Under the pieces are notes generated by a model, which saw only the letters and a list, made by a program, of their open reading frames with translations, searched no databases and was not told the DNA's origin. This document shows positions 14,464-27,494 of a DNA stretch of 59,792 nt, piece by piece. Both the position numbers and the translations under genes were made by a program. The DNA is from Parasitella parasitica NRRL 2501. Lineage: Eukaryota > Fungi > Mucoromycota. The DNA is taken from NCBI GenBank assembly GCA_025201805.1, contig MU619238.1, forward strand, positions 452,644 through 512,435, read 5' to 3'. Each line of letters starts with the position of its first letter. Positions within the stretch are counted from its first letter, which is position 1.

Positions 14464-15531
14464 ATGGCTTCTACTGCAAACGACCGTGCTCAACAAATCT
14501 TTGGCCACTTGACCAAAGCTACCCCCTCTCTTCAAGGTAAAGTTTGTATTGTGACAGGCGCTGGCTCTATTGTTGGTATCGGGTATGTAAAAATGATGAT
14601 ATATGGCACAAACAGGCACCGTAAAATTTTTAATATCAAGTCTTTACATTTGCTAGTCGTGCCACTGCCATCGATCTTGCCAAGCGTGGCCCCAAAGCCA
14701 TCTACGTTACTGATTTGACATTGAACAACTTGGAGGAATTGGCTCAAGAAATCAGAAGCACCTACATGGTTGATTGCTTTGCTCGTGCTGTTGACGCTGC
14801 TTCCCAGTCGGCTGTCGAGGGCGTTATTGACGAAGCCGTCGCCAAGTATGGTCGCTTGGATGTCTTTTTTGCAAATGCTGGTATTGCCACCGCTGATCGT
14901 TTGCAAGAAGAGGATGCCGAGTCTTTTATGAACATGATGCGCATCAACGCCTTGAGCGCTTTCTTGGCCTGTAAGCATGCTGGTGCTGCCATGTTGAAGC
15001 TCGGCGGCGGAAAAGAATACACTGGCGGCTCAATTATTTGCACTGCCTCTGTTGCTGGTATCAGATCCGGTGCTGGCTCACCTGAATACTCTGCATCCAA
15101 AGCTGCGTAAGTTGTGGTAGTTGCATAGATGTCGACTCTGACTAAACAAAATGCTTAATTACACAGTGTCATCAACTTGTGTCAAACAAGTGCTTACCAA
15201 TACGGTGGAACTAACGTTCGTGTCAATGCCATCTGTCCTGTATGTATTTTCTTTGCGCAGAATAATAGCAGTGTTGGCTGACTTTATTGCATTATAGGGT
15301 TTGATTGAAACGGGCATGACCAAAGGCACATTTGATTACGCTCGCCAAAAGGGGTCAGGCCACAAGATTGGTCAATTAAATCCTACCAAGCGTTATGGCA
15401 TTGCTGCTGAAATTGCCCATGTTGTTGCCTTTATTGCTTCTGATGAGGCGTCATATCTCAACGGCCAAGCTATCGCTGTTGATGGTGGCCTCTCAGCCAG
15501 CCATCCTATTGTTCCTGGAAGATTCCATTAA
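14464..15531 (+). CDS. Classical short-chain dehydrogenase/reductase, 4 exons
   Basis: Motifs VTGAGSIVGIG, FANAG, catalytic YSASK, RVNAICPG and YLNGQAIAVDGG. Confidence 0.92.
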
Positions 15532-15584
15532 ATTACATGATTAAATCGTTTATTAGTTGTTTGTATATCAATAAAAAAAAATTA

Positions 15585-17212
15585 TCACAAATCAAACTGT
15601 GTGGTATCCAAAAAGTGTTGAATAGTAGCAATGCCACTGTCTGTAGCAAATCTCTTTTGTCTGCAGACGATACTCCCATGGGCGTTGAATGCTCTAATGT
15701 AGAGCCAGACCCTTTCCCAGTCTAATAACCGCAAGTTTTTGTGAATCCGCTGCGTTGTGTCTATAAAGGGCAATGGCTTGGACGCTTCATCCAACAGTTT
15801 TGAGGGCTCCACATTGTAATAATAAGTATTATCATTGAATAGTTTTGAAGTGGATTGCTTGTCAGGCGGTGAATCTTGCTCACCTGGTAAATTGACAGCA
15901 TCCAAAGCTCCTGTCAGTAATTTGCCATTCACGTATCGATCTGCTTCACTGGACAGACGTCCCAGTGTTTCCTCTGATGTGCTGTCATTGTTGATAACAA
16001 GCCGTCTCTTTTTACTCAGTATTTGCGATGTACGATGTCGGCTTGCAAGACCTTGAACTCCGATGAATGATAGTGCAATTAGATACAGTATGGGGCCAAG
16101 GATAGGCAGTAAGCAGTAAAATGTATATTTGAGAATGAGAGGTTTGAGCTGTTTCTTTTTGTTTTTGCCTTTGCCTTTTTGTGTGTCGGGCAATCGCTTT
16201 TCAAAAGATGTGATAATGGAACTGTAAGTTTCGTCCAATGTACTATACAAATTGATAACACATGTCACAAAATCATGTATACATTTGCGTTTTTATAACA
16301 CTTACAAATCCAATTTCCCTTTGCTGTCAAAGAAGTAATCCCTGGTTTCCAACCCTGCTGTCCAGTATGCCACGGTTCTATCATTCGCAATGTTCGCATA
16401 TGTGCGCCTAGTCTTGAACTTGGAGAGATATTTGAAAAAGACTTGCTCTAACAGAAAAAAAAAAAAAAAAAAAAATATCACTACATGCAATTGTGTTATC
16501 TCTCGTTGTTTTCCACATTACCTGGATCAGATAAAACCTCGAGTAAAGTTTTACCCCGAGCTTTATCGTATTCGTCAATTAATTGAAGCTGTTCTCCTGA
16601 TCTGGAGACGAGCCTGCCGCTGACGAAATTAAACATGATTGAAAATGCATTTGAAGATGGCAATCGAACGCCCATATGCGGCGTTGCAAATGTAACAAAA
16701 TACTAGTAGAGCGAAAATCAATATGTTGTTGCAGATCTGGCGCTTCAAATATTACACTACCGAAGGTTCAATTGTATTGAAGAAACCTTTCTGCCCCAAA
16801 ACTCCAATTGCATATCGAACAATCAACCCGCCCAAAGAATATCCTACCAAACTGATCTTCTTGACTAGTTTCCCGTTTTTACCGAGTCGTATGACCGTTG
16901 ATTCAATCTGCAGTAAGGATTTAGTTGTGCTGGAGTAAAATACGCTTTGGATCTCTCTTACGTCCTGGGCCAATCTTTCACCGCAAATATCCACTCCATC
17001 GTACGAATACTTCGCCTCATTGACGCTTGAATTAAGCTGGGTACCCTTCAATTAGGTTTCTGATTAAGAAATCATTGAATTTTTCAACTTACGATATGAA
17101 TCCTGTCATTGTATTTTTCTCTCAGTCGATTTTTAATGTACTCCATATGACCTTTAACACCCCACAAGCCATGAGATAACACCACTAATGCGATGTCTTT
17201 AGGATCCGTCAT
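15585..17212 (-). CDS. DUF676 putative serine esterase/lipase (Rog1/Lpl1-like), multi-exon
   Basis: Motifs LVVLSHGLWG, DGVDICGERLA, GYSLGG nucleophile, FATPHMG, YANIANDRTV and C-terminal NAHGSIV. Confidence 0.88.
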
Positions 17213-18797
17213 TCTTGTGATTTTTGCGAAAGAAAAAAAAAAGGGAATATTAATTGGTCAAGAGAAATTTGATTTTTAAAAAAGATTTCGCGATGCGGAT
17301 AAACTAGTAAGACCGAGCACTGTTTGATAAGTTCCATTATGTATCTAAAAACGCATTACAGATGGCGATACTACCATCTCTGGCCATAGAAATTGAAAGA
17401 TTAGATTCTTTGGCATATTTTTCAAAAACTAACAATGCTTTTTTCGCTTCTGATCAAAGGTGCAATTAACATTTCGATGCAAGTTATCCCATTTTTGGTC
17501 AGTTAGATTACGTAACTGCTCCGAATGGAGTAATACAGTTTGATGTGTATTATACGGTCAAGTTATTGTGTCTCTTTAAATTATTCACCAAGTTTATGTG
17601 TCTTGTTCCGGATCGTTTAAAGCAAATGAAATGCCCTAGATACTTTTACGGCAAANNNNNNNNNNAAAAAAAAAAAAAAATGCAATCTTGTACCTGGTAT
17701 ACATTTTTTTAAATCAGAGATCCATCTGATCGAAAGCACAATATTTGTTTAAAAACATAAATTTCGCATAAACTCTTGTAATAATTGAGGGAGCTCATTC
17801 TAGTTTCATCGATTTGAAGTAGCTGGGATGTCATTAGGGGAGGTTCAGAGTATTTGTGTCACTACGCGTTGTATGCACACTTTACCACGATAAACATCGA
17901 ACAAAATATGGGCAGAAAGGATCGAATAAAATAGTTGAAAATACAAATTGTGTCATAGTAGTAGTCGCCTTTTTTAGTTGAGTAGCCGTGAGCATGGTTG
18001 CACAAGTCTCAAAAGTTAGATTCATGCCAAGCATAGAATCGGTGAAGCATAAATATTCCCGTATTTTTACGCGAGTGCAAGTGAAAGTAAACATTTAACA
18101 CGGGGCAGATTCTCTTTTCATGGCCTGGATCCTTTCTTTTTTTCTTACAGTTAAGAAACTAGTAAGAATCGCGCCGTTCACAGACAAACAGGGATGTTAT
18201 TTACAACCGTGTAATGCAATAACACAAACACTATAGTGTGCATTTCATCAACAAACCTCTGTGACGCGATGGCTTCTCTGATTGGCAGTTACACAACTGT
18301 TAAGGCTTCTCGAATCCTTAAATGAGCATTAAGGCGAGACGAAATGTAAATGCAAGACTACATAGTGTTAGGTTCTACGCATTTTTTTTTGGGGGTTCTC
18401 ATGTTAATAAAACTGGTGAATGGTTTCACATATGAAGATACGCCTCATTATATCCACAAAACAACACACTACAAAAAGTGATATAAAAAAAACGGGGTCA
18501 TAATGATGTAATAGGCAACACTTCCTAGCATAATAATGCAAAAGATGAATAGTGTTCCAGAGCTAGACACGATGGACGTGTACAGCGTAAATTTGATTGT
18601 TATTTAGTAAAAGTACAGCGAGCAGTTATGCACTAAAGTATACGTTACAAACGTCATGATGAAGTATTTATATCTACCAATAAACCTAATTCATGCCGGC
18701 TTGCACAGCATAATATAGACACGGCTTTGCTAGCGTTTTTGGCAGCTAATACTACTAACTCAAAATTGACTATGCATTTTGGGGGGTGGAGTGGAAG

Positions 18798-18808
18798 CTA
18801 TATAAAGG
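18798..18808 (+). promoter_or_regulatory. Candidate TATA box of the C2-domain gene
   Basis: CTATATAAAGG about 70 nt upstream of ATG 18872. Confidence 0.4.
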
Positions 18809-18871
18809 GCACGAATTTTGCCTGTCATTTCCCATTTTCATCGTCAATCTCTTTATTGATTTATAATACAA

Positions 18872-19267
18872 ATGTTCTCATCTGCCCCCGCTGGTACCCT
18901 CACTGTTAACCTTATCGAAGCTAGGAAGCTCCATCACGAAGACCTTGGCGGCAAGAATGACCCTTATGTTGAACTCTGGTTGGATGAAGATTACAAGCAA
19001 AAATCTAAAACCGTAAAGAATAACGACAACCCTGTTTGGAACGAACCATTCCTTTTCCAAATTGAGAAGGGTTCTTCCAAGCACAAACTGCACTTTAAAG
19101 TTTACGATGAGGATAAGTTAGGCGAAGACAAAATTGGTGATGGTAGTTTGGACATCTCGGAAGTCTTCAAGGGCAAGAGACTGGATACTTGGGCAAAGCT
19201 TCCTGCCAAGATGGGTTTAACTAGCCATGGCGAGCTCCACTTTGACATTTCCTTTGTCCCCAACTAA
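18872..19267 (+). CDS. Small single C2-domain protein (Ca2+/phospholipid binding)
   Basis: GTLTVNLIEARKL, NDPYV, NPVWNEPF and VYDED...DKIG, with the acidic Ca-binding loops retained; intronless, 131 aa. Confidence 0.93.
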   Translation: MFSSAPAGTLTVNLIEARKLHHEDLGGKNDPYVELWLDEDYKQKSKTVKNNDNPVWNEPFLFQIEKGSSKHKLHFKVYDEDKLGEDKIGDGSLDISEVFKGKRLDTWAKLPAKMGLTSHGELHFDISFVPN

Positions 19268-19402
19268 GTCTCTGCCTCTGTAAATCCTTGCATGTAATAG
19301 TTATACCGAAGTTTTATTGCAATAAACTACTATCAAATGAATAAATATATACTAGTTCTTTTATATCAGTGAAATGTCGCGATTATTTTTTTGCTGTTGT
19401 TG

Positions 19403-20810
19403 TCAGGATGTCGCTAGTAATGCGGTTTTGGGAGAATCCTGGTTTTTGTTACAAGGGATAGCAATGGCCGAGCCGTCCGAAATACATCTGTATTGTTGGT
19501 CGCGCCACGAAATCTTGGTGCCTGCCATAGCATATAGATAGAGTGGCAGAGCTAGTATTTCTCTTGATAGCCAAGCGCGTAGGAAATGCAGAAACGGCAA
19601 AGGCTTTTGAGCATTGAGCGTGTGTAACGAACTCACGCCCACTAGAGTACGGTATAGTGTGAAATCATTGATGAACCACCAAGTCCAATGGATAGCAAAA
19701 AATAGTGGCATTGGTATATTGAACACGGAACAAAAGCCAAGTGCGCCCATGATGCCGCACACAATGGATTCTGTGATAGGCTCAACCAAGGTAGCAGCAG
19801 TTACAATGTATTTCCTTAGGCGTACCCATCTAGCACGGCGTGCGCAGTAGCCTCCAACAGTTATAGGGCCCAGCGCTTGACAGGCCACGTCTGCACTCAT
19901 GCGATGTCTAAGGCCCTGATGCCACAACGCCTCCGCAATGATGTTGTCCTCGGCCATATATTTGCCGAATTTCTCCAATCCACCTACGCGATCCAAGTCG
20001 GACCGACGGTAGAGGTTGGATTTGCCCATGACACATGAGGCTATTCCAACACCATTGATGGCCAAGTACATTTTGGCGTGGTTCGTGTCGAGGAAGACTT
20101 GCTCAATCTCGGCAGCATAATTTGCCGGTTGAACGGCTATGGGTAAATGATGCACCAATCCAATGCCAGGTAACGATAATTGATCGACAGACCTTCCTAA
20201 TGTATCTCTATCGACATGCACATTACTGTCCAAGACCCAGATGATGTCGTATTTTGCAGTTTTATACGATTCTATCATATTGTTAATCTTGGGGTTGATG
20301 CCAACCTGATGATCGCCTGTTTAGAGAGGGTTGGTATCATGATATGAAGCTCTTCTGCGGCCTTGCGCGCAACACATACCAACAATCAGTCGGCTATCCA
20401 CATGATTGTATTTATCTCGCAGCTTCTTGACAATTCCGATGGCAGGGTCCTTGGGCGATGCCACAGAGAATATGATTTCGAATTTAGCATAGTTTTGTAT
20501 GAACGAGGATGTCAGATTTGCCTCCAATTCCAAATCAACGCCTTTCAAAGGTCGAATGATTGAAACCCCTTCAGCTTCTGATGTCGATGATTTGGATGAT
20601 TTTGGTTTTGGCTGGTGTTTATATCTGGATTGTCTATGATGGAGATGTGTGTGTGTGTGTTGAGGTACACAAGCAAACGCGCAGTGAAGGACAATGAACT
20701 TACCCTATGTACTGACCAAAGAGACTCAGGCCAAACATGAAAACATACCAAGCTACAAGCACATAGCTTCCAATCGTCCAAAAAGCCTCACTCGATGTAT
20801 CAGAGCCCAT
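19403..20810 (-). CDS. Ceramide glucosyltransferase (glucosylceramide synthase, GT21)
   Basis: N-terminal TM segment, GVSIIRPLKGVD, GINPKINNM, WVLDSN, MAEDN and RRARW (D,D,D,R/QxxRW). Confidence 0.93.
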
Positions 20811-20873
20811 TATAATTTGTTGTCAGAAAGTGAATTGGCACGGAAACAAAAAGGGGGCGATTCAAACAAAGCG

Positions 20874-20944
<71 letters not shown>
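20874..20944. repeat. ~71-nt poly(A) tract
   Basis: Uninterrupted A run between two divergent genes. Confidence 0.9.
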
Positions 20945-20946
<2 letters not shown>

Positions 20947-21019
20947 CTCATCACCACCCTCATTTATATTTTGATTGTCAGTGTGATTTGAGGCTTTTCA
21001 CACTCTCTTCTTTGTAATC

Positions 21020-21724
21020 ATGTCTTTTACAAACTTGACCACCAACGACACATTTGAATTGAAGGTAGGTGAGCCTACATATATCGGAAGACACAAATTT
21101 GGAATCGAGTCGAAATACATCAGCGAAAGACAACGTAATGAAAAGAATAAAAAAAAACCCCCTCTTTTGTGCTGATGCAAACACACTCAGCTCATCTCAT
21201 TGTTTAGTCAAAGTTGTGCTGGAAGAGGATAATCGATGCTTCATAAAGAATGTAAGCACACCAGGACGGCTTCAAGTACACCCACCAACTAACCCCGTAC
21301 ATTAGCTCTCGAATAAAAAGGTCAAGCTGAATCAAGCCCTGATAACAATCAGCACGGAACATCAGCTGCAGAATGGGGATGAAATTGATTTGCTGCTAGA
21401 CGGATACAAGGTAAGTAGTGCAGACGATGGCGCAACTCGACATCTCACGAGTGTTGTGTCCGACCTCCCCGCATATAGCAAGGAGCGCACTTGAAATTCA
21501 GATTCAATTTACCAGAGCTCGACGAAAAGCTGATTCGCAATGTTGTTGTGCTGGAAAAGCACAAAGAACCCGACGGTGGGGACCATGGCAACCGCAGCAG
21601 CAGCAGCAGCGATTACAGCAGTAATGAAAACGATCACAGTAATGAGGATGGCCAAGACGACATGACTTGTTTAAGCGACATTTCGCAGGAATCAAGTTTA
21701 TTAGGAGATCGGGATTATTTTTAA
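21020..21724 (+). CDS. Small FHA-domain protein (aprataxin/PNKP-type FHA) with acidic/Ser tail, 4 exons
   Basis: Manual splicing gives MSFTNLTTNDTFELKVGEPTYIGRHKFGIESKYISERQ / VKVVLEEDNRCFIKN / LSNKKVKLNQ...LQNGDEIDL / QGAHLKFRFN..., showing the FHA GR and S-x-x-Q/H motifs and an LxxGDxI end. Confidence 0.65.
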
Positions 21725-21728
21725 AAAA

Positions 21729-22787
21729 CTAGGCAGATACAAAATCATTGACATCCTTGAGCCAGTTTACATACTCTTTTTGCTCTTTATAGTCTACATA
21801 GTCTGGTAAAAATGTAGCCAGAGCTGTGTCAATACCACGCTCTTCTAAATACCGAGTAAACGTGATTTGAATCTGCTCGTCTAATTCATCGTAAACTGGC
21901 CCCATATAAAGATCCTGCCTCTGCTCTCCAATATCAACAGACGTCGTGTCTTGCAGCATTTGTCCTTGTTTGAAATACCTAACTGCATCAATGTGCAAAT
22001 ATCCATCTTGAGCAACTGTATTCAATACCAAGCTGCCTTTATCTGGTTTCTCAATAACGACTGTTGCGCGTACAGGGAACGAAACATTGTCTGATTCCTG
22101 ACCTTGGATACCTGCAATTTCTTCCTCTGGTTTTTCTCCCTCTTTCTCGTTTGCAGCATCAGCGACATCCTTTGGGGCAACATGCGCATCATCCTGCACT
22201 TCTTCCTCTGTAAATTCTTCGACCGTGTTGTTGATATCAGCAATCGAAAAGATGACTTTGATCCTATGGCCAAATGACTGCATGAGACTATTTCATCTTT
22301 CGTTGGTGCAATGATAATACGTACTTTTCGTTGCCAAATGTACGAGTTAAAGTCACCTTGTCGTGGCCCAACTTGTCTTCAATCTGAACCAATCGACTGT
22401 AAGCAATGCTGTCTGTAAAGCACGTTCAAAGAACACTCACTTGAAACAAGTTGGTATCCAAGAACTCGCTGATGAACGCTGGCACTTTGCTCTCGGCCTT
22501 TTCAAACTGCAATTCTTCATCCAGCAAATGAACAAGGTCAGGGTCAACTAGAAGTATGAGCATTAGTTTTTATGTCTATCAGTACAATGCACCAGTGTAC
22601 CGTCACCACTGCTGAAGCGAGGTGTGCCAGCTGTAAAGAACCTTTGACTTGCCATGACAGGCGTAGGTTGCAAGAAGGTCTTTTTTATGACAGGTCGGAT
22701 AAACGCTTTCTTATAAGCGACACGAGCAAGAGGCTGGAGTCTTGCTGTGTAAAGTAAGGGAAGCAGAGACTTGAAGCTAGTAGACAT
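21729..22787 (-). CDS. MAM33: Mitochondrial acidic matrix protein Mam33/C1QBP family
   Basis: Basic presequence, LTRTFGNE and YMGPVYDELDEQIQ...YLEERGID...DYKEQKEYVNWL. Confidence 0.92.
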
Positions 22788-23235
22788 GATAAACAAATTA
22801 AAGATCTTTTTGCTCTTGGATAGTTTGCTTTAATACTCGGGGATTTTGACGTCCTTCCACCCTTCCAAACCTGTGGCTTGTGGTCTGTTTGAGTCTCGAA
22901 GGTGAATGATTACCTGCTGGAGTTCAGGCCTTTTGCTGCAACCTGAACAGGGTCAAACAATTCTAATGATGATGAAATGTTCCATTTACACAAATTAGTT
23001 TTAGCTTCTTGGTTTCTTTAGTATAGACATTCGACACAAATAAACACCAGTGTTCTTTTATTGAATTTCACATGAAAAAGTTTCATCTTTTCATTGCATT
23101 TGTATTTACAGGTTTGGTTTACGCCTCATTGGTTTTTTTTTTTTTTTTTTTATAATGTAGTAATTAATAATGCACACAAAAAGAAATCAAGTTGGATGGG
23201 GTATACATAGTTTAAAAGAGCTGGATTCAGGGCAA

Positions 23236-24640
23236 TCATTGGCTTCGTAACCCACCGCCTCCAAATGCCGATTCTTCGCCCGAGTAGCTTATTTCAGAGG
23301 GATCTCTGGCAGCAGCAGCAGCAGCAGCAGTATCCTTTTTAGCACTACCGCTACTGTTGCGGTAGACTCCAGTCAAATCTGTGTGCGTTAGATGTCTAGC
23401 TGTTCTTGTCTTGATCCCTGGCGGTGAGGTAGTCAGATTTAGCAAAGCCCTAGGTATAGGCAACAGCCCTGTCATTCTTTTTGCTGCCCAAAAGCATACA
23501 TTCATTGGCAAGAACATGAGTGTCACCAGCAGACGTTGTGCTGATTTGCGCTGATCTTGCTCAATACTGTAGCAAATGAACTGGTCGAAATCCAGGACTT
23601 TTTGGTCAATCACTGTGAATCTTTCTTCAGACCACGAGCGAAGCGATGTCTCTTTCTGTTCAAATCTCTTCATTGCTTTGGTCAATTGCTGGATACTTGG
23701 GGTAATACCTTGAGCAACCTATTTTGTCGTCAATAATCGCTACCACAACATAAAAAAAAGGGGGGAGGCGGGAGAGGTTTTATAAAAAAACACACAACAT
23801 ACTTGTCCGAGGTCTCGTTTGGTAGCAAAGGCTTTTCGTAACCCATCCATTTCATCTTCCATCAGTTCAATCTTTTTGTGAAGCACTTCAATCTCTGTTT
23901 CATCGACTTGCATTTCACTCTGCAGGAATAATGTTCTTTCCCGTAAAAGGGCCATAACATGTACCAGCGGCTTTAATGTCGCAGCTAACACAAATACAGT
24001 AACATTAAATGTGCTCATGTATTTGTCATAGTTGCTCAAAAAGTACCGGCTGTATTGAAGGGTATAGCCGGCAATTGCAGGTGACATGATGACCCAAGCT
24101 AAACCTATCAACTCATGTCTCCTCAACTCTTCTTCGACAGATGCTTTGCGCTTCATGGCAAATTCCTTTCGTTTAGCATCCACGAATGGTGGCTGTTGCT
24201 GGTGATGAGCAGCATACTGATGAATCATTCGTCTAGATCTGGCACTTTCATAATACGACCAAGGCACTGTGTAAATGTTAGTTGCAATCTACTTGACATC
24301 TTTTACACACAATCTTACCCGTGATCCATTTGTATACATAATACAGGATCAAAAGTATCATGATAAAGTCGCTCCATACCTCAGCGCTCCCTGCAACGAA
24401 GGCACCCAAGGTGGGAATGATTGCTAATATAATAGGCCACGAAATGGAGGAAGAAAACTCGTCTTTCTTATTGTTATGGTCTGCATTAGCTGATGTTGCA
24501 CGATTATTGTAGCTGCTACGAGTGCTATTATGACGAGGAGCTGGTGAAGGTGTCCTAGGCTGTTGCTGTGATTGTGCTGGAAAAGAACGTGGTTTGTATC
24601 CACGCAGGAACCCTTCATCTTGTTCTGTATCGGCTGGCAT
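23236..24640 (-). CDS. Conserved hypothetical membrane protein with coiled coil, 3 exons
   Basis: TM segments (ISWPIILAIIPTLGAF; LILYYVYKWITVPWSYYESAR) and coiled coil LHKKIELMEDEMDGLRK; canonical introns near 24269-24319 and 23718-23802. Confidence 0.75.
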
Positions 24641-25862
24641 ATTGGTTTTTATCCAAAGAAAAAGGGGGGATAAAACGCGAATGAGATATATTTCTCTCTT
24701 TTTATACTGAATCTCCCTTTGTGCTAAAATCACCTTGCACAACAAACATCAGAAGACTTGTAAACAAGCATGCTGTGAATTCTCAAAAATCGATATATTA
24801 AAAAACAAAAAAATTAAGCTTAAAACAAATCTATATCCGCATTATCAGCTTCTTCTTCGCATCTAGATAGTTCAACGATATGTTGATGTAAATGAGAAGC
24901 CGTGTCTAATATGAAGGCAGGGCATCCAGTGTTTTGCATAATTAACAATACATATCGCATATAATAAGCGCATTTCTGTGGACTCGGCAAAGGCAGGCTC
25001 ATGAAATCGTTTTCAAATTTAGAGTTTTATTGATGTTTGTTTTACCGCAACAGCAATTAGATCAGGTTACTCATTGAATCTTTTGTTTCTGTATAATATG
25101 CCGTGTGTCTTTTTCAGATTACATAGTTAGACACTTTTCTTTTTCACAATTGAAAAGCTTCCTATTTTATTACAGTGCTCTAATGTGATATCCCTGAATT
25201 GGTACTAAACTGCTTGCTAATAAATTTGAGTTTGGGTGTCAAAATCATCGCCTTTATTTATCCCCACCTTTTTAACAGCATCAAATGCGATTCATGTCAT
25301 CAGTAGACAGCCTTTTACCCTTTGAGAAGCCGCGATGCATTAAAACCAGAAAAAATGTGTATGCTTATTTCTACATATAGGCAGTGATCCTTAACGTTGC
25401 TTTATGGCTCATTACAGTGGCTTCTCTACTATTGTCGCATATGTCCAAGACCTTTCTTGGCCAATCAAGTTGTTTCGAGGTCTGTATGTCTGTGTTAGCA
25501 CACTTCTGGTAATATTTACCATACTCCATCATATATACTTGGATCTTTTCATATGCATGTCACTGCATATCAACAACTATAGTATACACCCTGCTATCAG
25601 GTTTAATCTTAATGAATTATTCTTCTTAACACTGTTTTAACCACCCCCACTTTCTCTCAGCCAGTCAATGCGATAATCCTCCACGGCAACCAATACTTGA
25701 CATAAAAACATAGAACTTTTATTTATTTTGTATTGCATATATATAAATATTAGAAGCATAAGAGACAATTCTTGATTTGCATAATATAAAGATAAATTGT
25801 TGTAAGCATAGGCAAGAACATAAAAATGAAAGGAGGTTAATAGGATACGGTATCAAATTCGA

Positions 25863-27494
25863 TTAAAAACCTGGAATACGAGTATCTATAATAATCAAGC
25901 TATCACAGTGTTTATATTGCAAAGAAACAACAGGTCTTTCTCCTAATGTAGGCGGGTCTGTCAAAGTTTCTTCTAAATATCCCTTATCCACTTTATACCA
26001 TCTTGTGCCATTTTCGGTTGTCATTTTGTAATAATGTCGGTCAATGAAACTAGGTGTGTTCACTATGATGGAAACAAAGCTATGGTCAGGACAGTCAATC
26101 TCCAAGGTTATATCACCTTCATCAGTTTGAATATCCTCTTCGTCATATTCGCCTTCATCAAGTACATCAACATGTGTGATTGTCAGCTTGGATAATTTAG
26201 GGCATGTTTTCGAAACGAAACGCATAACTTCTCTATTTTCATTGCTAATGCGAACGTTTTCCAATGTCAGACTTTTCAAATTTGTTGTAAAATCATCCAC
26301 AATATCAGACGCAAGCATAATTCTCCATTTAGATAGGCTGATTGATTCCAGATGCCTGAAAATTTGCAAAAACTTGTTGATAGGGAAGTCGTCTTCGTTT
26401 TGAAGACCTAGATGCTTTAGGTTTGGGAAGCCTTGCAACAAAGTGAAAAGCTCCATTTGTTTGCCATTTGCGTTATCCAAAGGCTCCCAGCACCTGATCG
26501 TCACTATCTCCACAAATTCTCTTTGCTTGGATCCAAGTACATGTGTGATTCCATTGGAAACGTCGACGGTGGTTATCGTCAACGTTTTTAATTCAATTCC
26601 ATTTTCATCCATGGCCTCCAAAACTGCTGCCGTAATTGGGTGAGTGCTGACATTGTAAGTCTCGAGATCAGGGCTTGCAGAAATAAAATTCACCAAGCAA
26701 GCGTCAGCTTCATCCCAGTCTGGTTCTTGAATATGAATGTCTATTTCCAAGGCTTCTAGATGCTCGTATTTGTAAGCTAGATATGCTAAAAGCTCTTGAT
26801 TGCGTCCGCCTATGTAATTTTCGATGACAAGCTCTTTCAATTGAATTTTACCCCCTGAAGCTGAATCCCTTTCCCACCTTGACACGCGGAAATTGCGTAA
26901 ATTAAGAACCTCCAGCTGTTGTGCGTTACATTGTAACTGATCCAAAGCTAGCAGCGTTATTTCGAAATGTTTCAGCCGAAGTATCTTTAATTTGGGTGCC
27001 TTCGACAGTTGACAGATGAGTGAATCGCAGTTGTCACAAATTTCAACATCCAACTCGATCAGATTGCAAAATCCGTCTTGTTCTAATATTCCTGCAGATA
27101 TGAAGGAGGGGGAGTGTTCTTTGAACCTAGTGATGTTTTTCCAGTGTTGAGCGGCTTGTTCGTTGACAGCTACTTCTTCAAAAGAATCTTCACTGATCCA
27201 ACCGATTTCTCGCAGGTTAACAAATTGTTTAGGCAAAGCCAGCACAACACTTGGTTCAATAAACATGAAACGCAATTGAAGGTTACGCACTTGGCGTTGG
27301 TATTCTTTGTAATTTTCAAAGTATTCTTTAAAATCGTAGAAGCTTCTGTCACCTCTCAATACCAAATTTTTGTAAAGATCACTGTTCATGACCAAGTGTT
27401 TCAAGCGTTTACAAGTGGCCGCAAGATTTAGTTTCTCGGAGATTGCCAGGTAAGAGATGATCCGAAGAAGCGATTCTTTAGGAAGTTGATCCAT
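25863..27494 (-). CDS. F-box/LRR (RNI-like) protein, intronless
   Basis: N-terminal MDQLPKESLLRIISYLAISEKLNLAATCKRL F-box, followed by LxxLxL repeats. Confidence 0.85.
   Translation of the reverse strand: MDQLPKESLLRIISYLAISEKLNLAATCKRLKHLVMNSDLYKNLVLRGDRSFYDFKEYFENYKEYQRQVRNLQLRFMFIEPSVVLALPKQFVNLREIGWISEDSFEEVAVNEQAAQHWKNITRFKEHSPSFISAGILEQDGFCNLIELDVEICDNCDSLICQLSKAPKLKILRLKHFEITLLALDQLQCNAQQLEVLNLRNFRVSRWERDSASGGKIQLKELVIENYIGGRNQELLAYLAYKYEHLEALEIDIHIQEPDWDEADACLVNFISASPDLETYNVSTHPITAAVLEAMDENGIELKTLTITTVDVSNGITHVLGSKQREFVEIVTIRCWEPLDNANGKQMELFTLLQGFPNLKHLGLQNEDDFPINKFLQIFRHLESISLSKWRIMLASDIVDDFTTNLKSLTLENVRISNENREVMRFVSKTCPKLSKLTITHVDVLDEGEYDEEDIQTDEGDITLEIDCPDHSFVSIIVNTPSFIDRHYYKMTTENGTRWYKVDKGYLEETLTDPPTLGERPVVSLQYKHCDSLIIIDTRIPGF

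Noticed and set aside
9925-20810. Possible lipid-metabolism gene cluster (hydrolase, SDR, DUF676 lipase, C2, glucosylceramide synthase)
   Set aside because: Interspersed with unrelated housekeeping genes, with no backbone enzyme or shared motif; probably chance.
20874-20944. Poly(A) as the tail of a retroposed element
   Set aside because: No upstream LINE/SINE body or target-site duplication is visible.
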